A DNA stretch of 64,000 nucleotides from Candidatus Thorarchaeota archaeon (GCA_004524445.1 SDNP01000007.1:1-64000), one strand, 5' to 3'; positions 37,821-48,380 are shown, counted from the stretch's first letter. Made by a program: numbers and translations. The notes: generated by a model not told the origin, from the sequence alone.

Positions 37821-39959
37821 ATGTCCGAACTGATTTTCCTTTCAGTAAGTATAATTTCAGGCCTCCTTGCAATTTTCGTTGCTCTCTTCACTTTCAAAAA
37901 AGTGAAGAAATATGATGAGGGCGGCGAAAGAATGAGGGAGGTCAGTAGACTGATAGAGGAAGGTGCATATTCCTTTATCAAAATTCAATACAAGATTCTT
38001 GGAATTTTCACTGCGTTCCTTGCGGTAGTATTAGCCCTAGTTTTCGGAGATCTTGGAATCCCGATTGCAGTCTCGTACATTCTGGGGTCCCTCGCAAGCA
38101 TGGCAGCTGGATACGTAGGTATCATAATTGCTACTATTGCAAACAGACGAACTGCGGCTGCTGCTGCATCTGGTGGGCTAAATCCCGCATTCAATGTGGC
38201 ATTCAAAGCAGGCTCTGTTATGGGACTCATGATTGCGGGAATTGCACTTGCTGGTCTAGGGTTGCTCTATATACTCTGGGACCTGATATTTCCTGCACTC
38301 ACAACCATACGCCTTTGGGAAATTGTGACTGGCTTTTCATTCGGAGCTAGCACTGTGGCTCTCTTCGCGAAAGCAGGTGGCGGAATCTATACCAAAACTG
38401 CAGACCTTGCAGCTGATATTGTTGGCAAGATTGAGCGTCACATCCCCGAAGACGATCCTCGGAATCCTGCTGCAATTGCTGATGCAGTTGGCGACAACGT
38501 TGGGGACGTTGCTGGTACCGGAGCTGATATTTTCGATAGCAATGTTGCAGCTATTCTTGCAGCCGCGATATTAGGTGCCGCAATCGATGCTGTATTCGCT
38601 CCAGTTGCTCCCTTTGGACTCCTTCCTCTGATGATAGCTGGTCTGGGTACCCTTGCATCGGTTATCGGTGTATTTTTTGTTAGAGTTGATGAAACAGCAG
38701 ACACAGATCCCGGTCCAATATTGAATCGTGGAACCTATCTGACCACTATCTTGTTTGCTATTTTCACCGTGACAATCACATGGATAATGGGCATTGATTT
38801 ACTCATTGCTGGAGCGGCTATTCTGGGACTATTTACGGGGGTCATTATTGGATTTACTTCTGATGTTTTTACGAACGATCGAGGAATCGGTTTCTTCAAA
38901 CCTGTACCCAATATGGTCGAATCTGCTCAAAAGAGCGCGGCAAATCTAATACTCTCAGGATACTCTTATGGTCTTCTAAGTGCAGTCCCCTCAGTCATCA
39001 TGATTGCGGCTGCATTAGTTGGTTCTTTCCTTCTTGGTTCCAGTGCGACTAGTATTGGACTCGGGACCTGGCAGGGTGGAATATACGCTGTATCAATCGC
39101 TGCCGTAGGACTGTTATCAACTAACGGTATGATAATGAGTTCCGATGCATATGGCCCCATTGTAGATAATGCCAGAGGCGTCATTGAACAGGCCGATGCT
39201 GGGGAACAGGCTGTCGTAGATTGTGATAAACTGGATGCCAGCGGAAATACAGCAAAAGCAATTACAAAGGGCTTTGCTATTGGAGCATCAGCAATATCCG
39301 TGCTGGCTCTCTTTTCTGCATTTCTTGAGTCAGCAAGACCAATCATTGGTTATATTCCCATTGTAGACCTATCAAGTCCTTTCATTCTCGCTGGAGCCTT
39401 CATTGGGTCACTAGTACCTGCAGTGTTCTCCGCCATCCTCATTCTTGGAGTGGGGCGCAACTCGGAGCGCATGATTGCAGAAATCCGCCGCCAGTTCAAG
39501 AGTGACCCAGGTATTCTTGAGGGCACTTCAAAGCCGGACTATGAGAAGTGCATTGCGATTGCAACTTCAGGTGCCTTACGTGAACTGCTACCTGGCACAA
39601 TCCTTGCTATTGTGATAACAATAATCACAGGTATAATCCTCGGCATCGAAGCACTTGCAGGGTATCTTGGTGGAGCTGTTCTAGTTGGTCTGTCAATGGC
39701 ATTACTCATGTCAAACTCCGGTGGAGCATGGGACAATGCTAAGAAAATCATTGAATCCCCAGAATCGCCTATTTTGCCTGACGATCCTGGATATCAAGAG
39801 GTTCATGACAATGCGGTGCTTGGTGACATGGTTGGAGACCCCTTCAAAGATACTGCGGGACCATCTATCAATACGCTGCTAGTGGTTATCTCATTGACAT
39901 CCACTCTGTTTCTCCCAGTGATTGCAGCACTAAATATTGCTCTCTCAGCTCTATTCTAG
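37821..39959 (+). CDS. hppA: Membrane-bound pyrophosphatase (probably K+-independent H+-PPase)
   Basis: GGGIYTK, EDDPRNP, DNVGD, DAYGPIVDNA, GDPFKDTAGP; GNTAKA has Lys at the K+-dependence position. Confidence 0.93.
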   Translation: MSELIFLSVSIISGLLAIFVALFTFKKVKKYDEGGERMREVSRLIEEGAYSFIKIQYKILGIFTAFLAVVLALVFGDLGIPIAVSYILGSLASMAAGYVGIIIATIANRRTAAAAASGGLNPAFNVAFKAGSVMGLMIAGIALAGLGLLYILWDLIFPALTTIRLWEIVTGFSFGASTVALFAKAGGGIYTKTADLAADIVGKIERHIPEDDPRNPAAIADAVGDNVGDVAGTGADIFDSNVAAILAAAILGAAIDAVFAPVAPFGLLPLMIAGLGTLASVIGVFFVRVDETADTDPGPILNRGTYLTTILFAIFTVTITWIMGIDLLIAGAAILGLFTGVIIGFTSDVFTNDRGIGFFKPVPNMVESAQKSAANLILSGYSYGLLSAVPSVIMIAAALVGSFLLGSSATSIGLGTWQGGIYAVSIAAVGLLSTNGMIMSSDAYGPIVDNARGVIEQADAGEQAVVDCDKLDASGNTAKAITKGFAIGASAISVLALFSAFLESARPIIGYIPIVDLSSPFILAGAFIGSLVPAVFSAILILGVGRNSERMIAEIRRQFKSDPGILEGTSKPDYEKCIAIATSGALRELLPGTILAIVITIITGIILGIEALAGYLGGAVLVGLSMALLMSNSGGAWDNAKKIIESPESPILPDDPGYQEVHDNAVLGDMVGDPFKDTAGPSINTLLVVISLTSTLFLPVIAALNIALSALF

Positions 39960-40019
39960 TAGATTCGAGAGCAAAGGACGACTCCACAAGGAGTCGTCCC
40001 CTCACAGAGGAAAAAAAAA

Positions 40020-40907
40020 ATGCGTTTTGGGATTGTTCCACTGGAATTTCGACCTGCTGTTGAGAAGATTGTAGTAGATGGTGTGCCTGATTTCTCTAGA
40101 TTTGATATTGTTCAGATAGTAGAGCAGGCTTTAGACATTGCTCACATAAGTGTCATTGAAGTAACCATGGACATCGCTCACATTATTCCAGATTCGCTGG
40201 GAGATGAGGAAATCGATCGGCTGATTGAACTGAAAGATGAATACGGGCATTCATACACCGCTCATCTTCCTCTTTGGTCGGTAGAACCTGCGACATTCAA
40301 TCAGCAGATTAGAAAAGCCAGTGTAGACACCATCGTCCAGTCAATAGAACTTGCTCAACCACTTGAACCAGAATTCTATGTCCTCCACTCTACCGGGGCC
40401 TTAGCATCAGAATTCTCTCATCTGGAGTTTCCATCTGCGATGCAGGATGTGATTTCGGCTGCACTAGCAGGATTCTCGGCAAACAGTGTAGAAGAGATTC
40501 TAACACAATCCGAAATCGACTCCCGGAAACTAGCAATAGAAAATATTGAATTTCCCTTTGAATTTACTCTCCAAGTCGCAGAAGAATACGACACATCGAT
40601 ATGCTTTGATACAGGACATCTGCTTGCAAGATTTTCAGGTGATGAAGATGTTGTTGATTTCTATACGCAGCATAAAGACATCATTACTGAGATTCATCTT
40701 AATGATGGAAGCTACTTGGAAAAGCATGGTGTGAAAATTGTCGATGACCATCTTGCTCTGGGTGAAGGTCAGATGCCAGTCAAAGCATTCCTTACAGAGC
40801 TTGTTATGGATGATTTCAACGGCCCGCTAATTTTCGAGCTAACTACTGAGGAAGTCTTACAATCGCTAACCCTAATCGAGCGAGAAGTCCCACAAGCCTT
40901 GAATTGA
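40020..40907 (+). CDS. Xylose-isomerase-like TIM-barrel metalloenzyme (AP endonuclease 2 / CbiR-like)
   Basis: HLP, IEN, DTGH, IHLND, DHL, FEL metal-ligand pattern. Confidence 0.75.
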   Translation: MRFGIVPLEFRPAVEKIVVDGVPDFSRFDIVQIVEQALDIAHISVIEVTMDIAHIIPDSLGDEEIDRLIELKDEYGHSYTAHLPLWSVEPATFNQQIRKASVDTIVQSIELAQPLEPEFYVLHSTGALASEFSHLEFPSAMQDVISAALAGFSANSVEEILTQSEIDSRKLAIENIEFPFEFTLQVAEEYDTSICFDTGHLLARFSGDEDVVDFYTQHKDIITEIHLNDGSYLEKHGVKIVDDHLALGEGQMPVKAFLTELVMDDFNGPLIFELTTEEVLQSLTLIEREVPQALN

Positions 40908-41000
40908 TGGATATACCCTGACTATCTTCGACTACTGTTGAGTGCAACGTCACAACGTTTTTATCATCTTTAGCCGTGCAAGAGCCCGTAACAACTATCT

Positions 41001-41110
41001 GGGCCCGTGGCATAGACTGGTTATTGCACCGCTCTGATATGCGGGCGAGAGTCATAATCGCCCCCTCCGAGAGGCGGGGGCCGAGTGTTCAAATCACTCC
41101 GGGCCCACCA
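41001..41110 (+). tRNA. tRNA-Ile(GAT) with 32-nt intron at 37/38 (41040-41071), CCA encoded
   Basis: Acceptor GGGCCCG/CGGGCCC; CCGCT-CT-GAT-A|intron|A-GGCGG; relaxed BHB with bulges TA|T and AG|A. Confidence 0.92.
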
Positions 41111-41217
41111 CTTCCTTTCTGATGGCTCATTTCCCTCGATAACACCGGGATGCGCATTGATTATATCCGTGCAGTCATATGTCCTGTTTAGATAATTGTG
41201 CTGTTCATTGATTTGCC

Positions 41218-41682
41218 ATGAGTCCCAATGACAAAGAGAACTCAGATTTTGAAAATCTTACCAGCAGATTAGAAGAAAGACTATCTGGTGATACCCACAA
41301 CAGTTTTGCTAATGGTCAGCTAAATGAAATACGGTCGGATAATAACTCGTTGGTCATTGACAAGTATAGAACCTCATTACTACTCATCTATCGAAATCAA
41401 TGTCCTTATTGTAAGCAGCTCATGCCAAAATTAGCAGAGCTTGCCAAAGACTATCGGTCTCAAGTCTTTTTCGCAAAGATAAACATAGATACCAATAGAG
41501 ATGTTGCGGAAAGATTTCACGTACTGGGAGTTCCATTAGTCATTGCTCTGAAGAAGGGACACCCAGTGGATCGTATCGAAGGACTTCGCAATATTGCGGT
41601 TTATGATGATTGGATAAACCAAATCCATAGAGGCATCAGGCCAACGAATTTCGAAAAGGGTTCTCTAAGCAAATTGGAATAA
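41218..41682 (+). CDS. Thioredoxin family protein
   Basis: CPYC motif, FAKINID, cis-Pro GVP. Confidence 0.85.
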   Translation: MSPNDKENSDFENLTSRLEERLSGDTHNSFANGQLNEIRSDNNSLVIDKYRTSLLLIYRNQCPYCKQLMPKLAELAKDYRSQVFFAKINIDTNRDVAERFHVLGVPLVIALKKGHPVDRIEGLRNIAVYDDWINQIHRGIRPTNFEKGSLSKLE

Positions 41683-41726
41683 CACGTGGGCAAAATCTCT
41701 TGGAACTAACTGTCGCCTATGCATAT

Positions 41727-43628
41727 CTACAGCTTCAGAGTGAATACGTATTCCTCATCAGCCATTGATAGTTTGCTTTCAACCACTTTTCCGGTCTTAT
41801 GTAAGAATCGAATCATGGGTTGATTTCGTGGATGCACGTATGCTATGAATGCATCTACTCCTTTGCTCTTTGCTATGCGCATAAGATGGTTGAGCAAGAA
41901 TGTGCCAATACCCTTGTCCTGATACTCGTCTTGAATGACGATAGCAAACTCCGCTTGGTTTGTGTTTCGATTGAGCAGATACCTTCCAGCACCAATTATC
42001 TTCTCCGTTTCACCCTCCCTATCAGGATGAATGACTGCAACAATGGACACATCACGATCTTGGTCTACATCATAAAAGTCCTGTAAAGTCTGTCTTCGAA
42101 GGCTTCTAAGCGGAGTCAGGAAGCGGAAGAATATGGACTCCTCTGATAAGTCATAGAAGAGCTCCTTGATTCTGTCGGAATCATCAGGCCTGATTAATCT
42201 GAAGTGGACATTGATATCCCCTCCCTCGGGTCCTTGGAAGGTTTCTTGAGTTTCATATTCCGAAGCAAAGTAGGTTCCTGTCACTTTGAAGGGCACCTGA
42301 TCTTCGAAGACATACCTCATGTTCTTTGCTGCTTCCAGAAGTTCATTTCTGAAATCAGGGTGGGCAATAGCTATTAGTGAGAGTACCCGTTCTCGAATGG
42401 TTTCCCCGTGTAATGTTGCTAGACCATACTCCGTGATAACCACATCAACGTCTCCCCGGGTTGTTACAACTCCAGCCCCCTCACTTAGTCTTGGCACTAT
42501 TCTGGAAACCTGTCCATCCATAGCAGTTGAACGCATACAGATGATGGCTTTTCCGTTGATAGATCTCTCTGCACCACGAATGAAGTCCACCTGACCGCCA
42601 ATTCCGCTGTAGAATTTATGACCTATTGAGTCTGCACATACTTGACCAGTGAGATCAATTTCCAAGGCTGAGTTGATTGCTATCATCTTTCTATTCTGAC
42701 CAATTATATACGGATCGTTGACGTATGCCGTGTCGCGGAACTCAAACATCGGGTTATCGTCGATATACTCGTAAAGCTTCTTTGATCCCATGGCAAAACT
42801 TGCAATCACTTTGTCCTTGTTGATACTCTTTTTCCGATTATTGACAATTCCATTCTGTATTAGTGGAATAAGACTATCACTGAACATTTCTGTGTGGATG
42901 CCAAGGTCCTGAACACCCGTTTCTTGTAGACTATCACAAACTGCTTGTGGGAGGGCGCCGATACCGAGTTCCAGTGTAGATTCGTTTTCAATTAAGCGTG
43001 CCACATAAGCCCCGATTTGGTCAATAGTTTTCCCGCCTGGTTCTCCCTCAAATTCCCGTAGAGGCTCGTTATACGGTACCAAATAATCGATATCTCTGAC
43101 ATTGAAAAAAGAATCCCCATGAGTTATGGGCATCTTTTCATTTACTTGGGCAATGACTAGATCCGCACTCTCTGCTGCTGATTTTGTAATATCAACTGAG
43201 ATACCCAGAGAACAATATCCGTGTTCGTCGGGTGGACTTACTTGAATGAGAGCTACATCAAGAGGCATTCTTCTTGATCGAAATAGAGTTGGAATTTCAG
43301 AAAGCATCATTGGCGTATAATCAGCTCTTCCCTCAGCTACGGCCTCCCTTATGTTCTCAAATACAAAAAACGTATTGTGTCTATACTGTGCCTGAAATTC
43401 AGGGTCTGCTGAAGGAGTGTCTCCTAAAGTCAGAAGATGCACAATCTCGTTGTCAGACATATTCTCTGCATTCTTTGCTAGCTCTTGTACCAAATGATAG
43501 GGTACGCCGCAACCTGTACCAAGAAATATTCTAGTTCCGCGTCTAATCTTCTTGATAGCTGCAGGTGCATTCAAGACCTTCTTCTTGTATTTTTGCATCC
43601 ACTCTTCGGGGGCCATAATTGTACTCAC
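41727..43628 (-). CDS. Acetyl-CoA hydrolase/4-hydroxybutyrate CoA-transferase fused to a C-terminal GNAT acetyltransferase
   Basis: LGIG, HTEM (catalytic Glu), SGIGGQVDF, TEYG; GNAT AEFAIVIQDEYQDKGIGT. Confidence 0.9.
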   Translation of the reverse strand: MSTIMAPEEWMQKYKKKVLNAPAAIKKIRRGTRIFLGTGCGVPYHLVQELAKNAENMSDNEIVHLLTLGDTPSADPEFQAQYRHNTFFVFENIREAVAEGRADYTPMMLSEIPTLFRSRRMPLDVALIQVSPPDEHGYCSLGISVDITKSAAESADLVIAQVNEKMPITHGDSFFNVRDIDYLVPYNEPLREFEGEPGGKTIDQIGAYVARLIENESTLELGIGALPQAVCDSLQETGVQDLGIHTEMFSDSLIPLIQNGIVNNRKKSINKDKVIASFAMGSKKLYEYIDDNPMFEFRDTAYVNDPYIIGQNRKMIAINSALEIDLTGQVCADSIGHKFYSGIGGQVDFIRGAERSINGKAIICMRSTAMDGQVSRIVPRLSEGAGVVTTRGDVDVVITEYGLATLHGETIRERVLSLIAIAHPDFRNELLEAAKNMRYVFEDQVPFKVTGTYFASEYETQETFQGPEGGDINVHFRLIRPDDSDRIKELFYDLSEESIFFRFLTPLRSLRRQTLQDFYDVDQDRDVSIVAVIHPDREGETEKIIGAGRYLLNRNTNQAEFAIVIQDEYQDKGIGTFLLNHLMRIAKSKGVDAFIAYVHPRNQPMIRFLHKTGKVVESKLSMADEEYVFTLKL

Positions 43629-43793
43629 CTGAGGGTCGTGCTACATCATTTACCTACCCCCTATATCTATTTCCAAATGCATGTCAACTCAAATGTCACA
43701 GTTGGCAATCTCGGAGATCCGTCGGAAGGCTTAAAGTACCGTTTTAGTCGCTGACGAGTTAACACAAGACAAACTCTATGGTGTGAAATAAAT

Positions 43794-45074
43794 ATGTCTG
43801 AATCTGTGGGAAATCGTTACTTAGTCATGCTCGGAGCTATCATAGTCCAGTTATGCCTAGGCACCATTTACGCGTGGTCTGAATTCCAGAACACGCTGAC
43901 TTTAGTAAGTTCTGAAGGTGGCCTCTATGGATGGGCTGCACTCAGCACTCAGTGGCCATTTGCTGCCGGTCTTGCATCGTTTGCTATATTTATGGTGATA
44001 GCAGGTCGTTGGCAGGATAATATTGGACCACGAAAAGTAGCCACGTTTGGTGGCATTCTTCTTGGTGCTGGATACTTTCTGGCCTCATTCATTGATACCC
44101 TTGCACTCAACGAAATGATGGGAACAATATACTTGGTCGTCACCTATGGTATAATCGGTGGTGCTGGTATTGGTTTCGCGTATGTCTGCCCAATAGCAGC
44201 CCTTGTGAAGTGGTTCCCTGACAAGAAGGGAAGCGTTTCGGGAATTGCTGTAGCCGGCTTTGGCGGCGGTGCTCTAATATTCCTCTATATTGAGCAGTAT
44301 TTGATTGAAGCAGCTGGCGGTCTGATTGGTCAACCCTTCCTCATTCTTGGCATCGTCTATTTAGTCGGTGTTGTGATAGGAGCTCAAATCCTCGTTGAAC
44401 CTCCCAAGGGGTGGACTCCAGAGGGATACACTCCTCTGGAAACAACCGCTGATGGGTCTGGCGGTGGAATGCTCCCAGGCGAAATGATTCGCACTGGTAC
44501 TTTCTGGTTACTCTGGCTTGCCTTCATCTTCGCTGCAACAGCCGGTCTTATGACTCTCGGTAACGTGAAGAGTGCAGCCGCAGAGGTTGATCCGCTTGTC
44601 ATACCCCTCGGTCTTGGTGCTGCCATTGGAGGCATCATGTCGATATTCAATGCCGCAGGTAGAATCTTCTGGGGTTCAGTGTCTGATAAGTTGGGCCGAG
44701 TCCTGGCCATGATGCTCATGTTTATTGTGCTTGCGATTGCGATGTTCACCTTCGGATACATGGTGACACTACCAGCTGCCGAGGGGATGTGGATATCAAT
44801 CACTGGAATTGCCTCTGTCATTGGCTTTTGCTTCGGCGGAAATTTTGCCCTTTTCCCGTCTGCAACAGCTGATAACTTTGGCTCTGAGAATGTAGGCAAG
44901 AACTACGGAGTAGTCTTCACCGCGTATGGCATTGCAGGCATAGTAGGTGCTTTGGTTGCAGGCTCCTTTGTTGATTTCACGGGAAGTTACTCCCTAGCTT
45001 TTGTGACCACTGGAATCCTAGCTATCCTAGCAGTGATACTAACCATCATCTTGAAGCTGAAAGGTAATAACTAG
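43794..45074 (+). CDS. OFA (oxalate:formate antiporter-like) MFS transporter
   Basis: LGTIYAWS, KWFPDKKG, GFGGG, NAAGRIFWG, FG....GKNYG. Confidence 0.88.
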   Translation: MSESVGNRYLVMLGAIIVQLCLGTIYAWSEFQNTLTLVSSEGGLYGWAALSTQWPFAAGLASFAIFMVIAGRWQDNIGPRKVATFGGILLGAGYFLASFIDTLALNEMMGTIYLVVTYGIIGGAGIGFAYVCPIAALVKWFPDKKGSVSGIAVAGFGGGALIFLYIEQYLIEAAGGLIGQPFLILGIVYLVGVVIGAQILVEPPKGWTPEGYTPLETTADGSGGGMLPGEMIRTGTFWLLWLAFIFAATAGLMTLGNVKSAAAEVDPLVIPLGLGAAIGGIMSIFNAAGRIFWGSVSDKLGRVLAMMLMFIVLAIAMFTFGYMVTLPAAEGMWISITGIASVIGFCFGGNFALFPSATADNFGSENVGKNYGVVFTAYGIAGIVGALVAGSFVDFTGSYSLAFVTTGILAILAVILTIILKLKGNN

Positions 45075-45086
45075 TGATTTGAATTC

Positions 45087-45133
45087 AGGGGAGAAATTAT
45101 CTTTCTTCCCTTCTTTTCTTGTTTTTCACTTTT
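45087..45133 (+). terminator. Hairpin plus T-tract after the OFA transporter
   Basis: AGGGGAGAA/TTCTTCCCT stem followed by TCTTTTCTTGTTTTTC. Confidence 0.5.
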
Positions 45134-45276
45134 CTAAAGACTCGCACTGTATGTACAAGCTGACTACTTCTCAAAAGAATATGTTAGTTATTTTTTTAAA
45201 ATACGGTGTTGGACAAGCTTTTTATCTCGGAATTTTGCGCCGCTACAAAAGCATCGACGCTTCTTGGTGACCAAGA

Positions 45277-47262
45277 ATGTCAGAAGATAAAATTACAGTA
45301 GTTTCAGGAGAAGAACGTCGGTTTCCGCCTCCTAAGAGCTTTGTCAAGAAGGCTTACATCAAAAGCCATGAAGAACGAATGAAGCTCTGGAAGGAGTCTA
45401 TTGAGAAACCCGATGAATTCTGGCTGAAAATCGCAAAAGAATTATGTTATTGGAAGAAAGAACCTACTAAGGGTTTTGAATGGAAAAATCCCAAAGAGGC
45501 CCGCTTCACTTGGTTTGAAGATGGGGTAACCAACATGGCCTACAACTGTCTGGACAAGCATGTCGAGGCAGGTAAGGGCGATCAGGTTGCATTAATATGG
45601 CAGGGCGAACCCTTGGAAGAGGCAAGAACATTCACATACCAACAGCTTCTATCTGAAGTTAGCAAGGCTGCGAACGTTTTGAAGAATCTTGGTGTAGAGA
45701 AGGGTGACAGAGTCACATTTTACCTCCCAATGATTCCTGAGCTCGCAATTCTCATGCTGGCTTGTGTACGTATCGGAGCAGTTCACAGCATTGTGTTTGG
45801 TGGCTTTAGTTCCGATTCAGTCAAAGATAGAATCCTTGATTGTGAGGGTAAAATCCTCATAACTGCAGATGGCTATTACAGAAGTGGTAAGACTATACAG
45901 CAGAAGGCTGGTGCTGATGACGCAGTAGAAGGTCTTGATATCATCGAGAAGGTTCTCGTTGTCAAGCGTTTGGGTCTAGATATCCCCTGGGATGATGACC
46001 GTGATGTCTGGTATCATGAAGAGATGAAAAAGGTTGACGACAAATGTGAACCAGAATGGATGAACGCTGAAGACCCATTGTTCATTCTATATACTTCAGG
46101 TTCAACCGGCAAGCCAAAGGGTGTTCTGCATACTGTGGGCGGATATATGGTATACACAACTCACACTTTCCTGAACATCTTCGATTGGCATCCTGGTGAT
46201 GTCTACTGGTGTACAGCTGACATTGGCTGGATTACCGGGCACTCATACATCACATACGGCCCGCTGTCTGCTGGTGCCACAACCATGATGTTTGAAGGAG
46301 TACCAACCTATCCGGATGTTGATCGCTTCTGGCTAGAGGTGGAACGCTGGAAGGTCAATCAATTCTATACAGCCCCAACCGCTATTCGTGCACTTATGCG
46401 GTACGGTGAGGAGCCTGTGGAGAAACACGATCTCTCTAGCTTGAATCTGTTAGGTACAGTAGGAGAGCCAATTAATCCTGCGGCTTGGACATGGTATCAT
46501 GAAATTGTTGGTAAGGAGAATTGTCCAATTGTGGACACATACTGGCAAACTGAAACCGGCGGTGTAGTAATCACACCCCTTCCAGGTGCGGACGCCACAA
46601 TTCCAAGCAGTGCCACATTCCCATACTTCGGAATCGACCCCTTGATTGTAGATGCTGAGGGTAAGGAGTTGGGTGCTGATGAAGGTGGCTACCTATGTAT
46701 CAGAAAACCATGGCCTGGTCTAATGAGAACGGTCTATGGCGACCATGAGCGGTTTGTTAATACTTACTGGGCTCAATACAAGGATCCCGAAAGCGGAAAC
46801 CCGATGTATATGACTGGTGATGGTGCCCGATTCAACGAAGAGGGCTACTTCTTTATCATGGGACGTATCGACGACGTGCTTAAGGTGTCAGGTCATAGGC
46901 TAGGCACAGCCGAAATCGAATCTGCCCTGGTCAAGCATCCTAAGGTATCAGAAACAGCTGTTGTTGGAATGCCGCATGACATCAAGGGTGAGGCAATTTA
47001 TTGCTTCGTGACCCTGAAGTCCGGCATTGAAGGCGACGAGGCTCTCGTTCAGGAACTTAAGAAGCATGTACGTAGCGAGGTAGGCCCCATTGCAACTCCG
47101 GAGAAAATCCAGTTTGCAGATGCCCTACCCAAGACCCGTTCTGGCAAAATCATGAGGAGAATCCTCAAGAAGATTGCAGCAGGTCAGCTTGATGACTTGG
47201 GCGATACAACCACCTTGGCTGATCCAACAGTTGTTGAAACCCTCATCAAAGAACGTAAGTAG
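45277..47262 (+). CDS. acs: AMP-forming acetyl-CoA synthetase
   Basis: YTSGSTGKPKG, TADIGWITGH, VDTYWQTETG, PKTRSGKIMRR. Confidence 0.97.
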   Translation: MSEDKITVVSGEERRFPPPKSFVKKAYIKSHEERMKLWKESIEKPDEFWLKIAKELCYWKKEPTKGFEWKNPKEARFTWFEDGVTNMAYNCLDKHVEAGKGDQVALIWQGEPLEEARTFTYQQLLSEVSKAANVLKNLGVEKGDRVTFYLPMIPELAILMLACVRIGAVHSIVFGGFSSDSVKDRILDCEGKILITADGYYRSGKTIQQKAGADDAVEGLDIIEKVLVVKRLGLDIPWDDDRDVWYHEEMKKVDDKCEPEWMNAEDPLFILYTSGSTGKPKGVLHTVGGYMVYTTHTFLNIFDWHPGDVYWCTADIGWITGHSYITYGPLSAGATTMMFEGVPTYPDVDRFWLEVERWKVNQFYTAPTAIRALMRYGEEPVEKHDLSSLNLLGTVGEPINPAAWTWYHEIVGKENCPIVDTYWQTETGGVVITPLPGADATIPSSATFPYFGIDPLIVDAEGKELGADEGGYLCIRKPWPGLMRTVYGDHERFVNTYWAQYKDPESGNPMYMTGDGARFNEEGYFFIMGRIDDVLKVSGHRLGTAEIESALVKHPKVSETAVVGMPHDIKGEAIYCFVTLKSGIEGDEALVQELKKHVRSEVGPIATPEKIQFADALPKTRSGKIMRRILKKIAAGQLDDLGDTTTLADPTVVETLIKERK

Positions 47263-47276
47263 AATGAATAGTATAT

Positions 47277-47319
47277 GGGCGGTACACTCCGCCCTCATCT
47301 CTCTTTATTTTTGATTTTG
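47277..47319 (+). terminator. Hairpin plus T-tract after acs
   Basis: GGGCGG-tacact-CCGCCC followed by TCATCTCTCTTTATTTTTG. Confidence 0.55.
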
Positions 47320-47496
47320 AAACCCCTATAACTAGGCTGGACCATCCTGTATCCGGTGCGAGGTATTATTTTAGGTACCAACCAACAGCTCTCGCTGGTG
47401 GTAGAATCACAGGATCGTTTTCAATATGCATATATCACATGCATTCGTTTATTACTGGACATTGTCAATAGTTAATCAACTTGGAGAATATGGGAA

Positions 47497-48045
47497 ATGA
47501 ATAAGAAAGCCGCCGCTGTAATTGTCATCATAATCGGTGCTATTGCGCTTGCCCCAGTTGCGATGTATGGAGTGGAAGTACAAGTTGCCGATGTCAGCAT
47601 GACTCTTGGCATTAGCAGTATATTAGGTTCTTTAAGGTTCAATCCGGCACAGGTTCCGAGCTTCGATATTGGGCTTCAACAGGTACAGATTGATGTAAGT
47701 TCTCAAAGCTCCTATGAATATGCACTCTCACGTATAACCGGAAGAACAGAAACAAGTGAATCGAACTCGAACACTCCTGCAGATGTTCAGATAACTATAG
47801 AATTTACGCTGACTACGCCATCCAATCAAACTATAGTATTTACTCTGAATCCCGGACAGATGCAAGGAACTGGAGAAAAACAGGTGCGCACTATTTTGGG
47901 TCCAGACGAGGGTATCTCTGTAACGGGCGAGTTTCATTTGACCATAGTCATCTCGATTCAGATAACACCCCCGACCTTTGATAACCCTGTAGTTGACTTA
48001 GAGCTCAACCCTGTAAATCGCACTTTCAGCATTCCGAGCAATTGA
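47497..48045 (+). CDS. Secreted/membrane-anchored beta-rich hypothetical protein
   Basis: MNKK plus hydrophobic N-terminus; Thr/Ser/Gln-rich beta-strand pattern. Confidence 0.7.
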   Translation: MNKKAAAVIVIIIGAIALAPVAMYGVEVQVADVSMTLGISSILGSLRFNPAQVPSFDIGLQQVQIDVSSQSSYEYALSRITGRTETSESNSNTPADVQITIEFTLTTPSNQTIVFTLNPGQMQGTGEKQVRTILGPDEGISVTGEFHLTIVISIQITPPTFDNPVVDLELNPVNRTFSIPSN

Positions 48046-48142
48046 ATACGTCAAGATTAGATGTGGAGAGCCCAGGCTCTCCCTAACTCCTTCATTTTGG
48101 CTGCTAAGTGTCCCTATAAATCCAAATTTCAGTGATTTTTCC

Positions 48143-48355
48143 CTATTGTCCTTTATTAGGTGGAAGACGACCTCTCAACGTTCTACGGTATTGAGTCAGT
48201 TGGATTGAACAACCAGTCACTTCACCCTGCTCCATAGTAATGCCTCCCGTGTATTTACCAGGTTCTAGATTGTAGAAGATTTTCACATATTTTGGTACAT
48301 AAACGCCAAGATGCTTCTTATCGAATCGGTCCAATCTAAGAAATCTAATGGACAA
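48143..48355 (-). CDS. Possible small hypothetical protein
   Basis: TTG-start 70-aa ORF downstream of fdhD on the same strand; no motif. Confidence 0.3.
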   Translation of the reverse strand: MSIRFLRLDRFDKKHLGVYVPKYVKIFYNLEPGKYTGGITMEQGEVTGCSIQLTQYRRTLRGRLPPNKGQ

Positions 48356-48380
48356 GTAACAGAAAAACCTGGAAATCTCT

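Noticed and set aside
41043-41063. CAT anticodon-like loop (tRNA-Met/Ile2) inside the tRNA at 41001
   Set aside because: It lies within the intron hairpin; the cloverleaf and BHB place the anticodon at GAT 41036-38.
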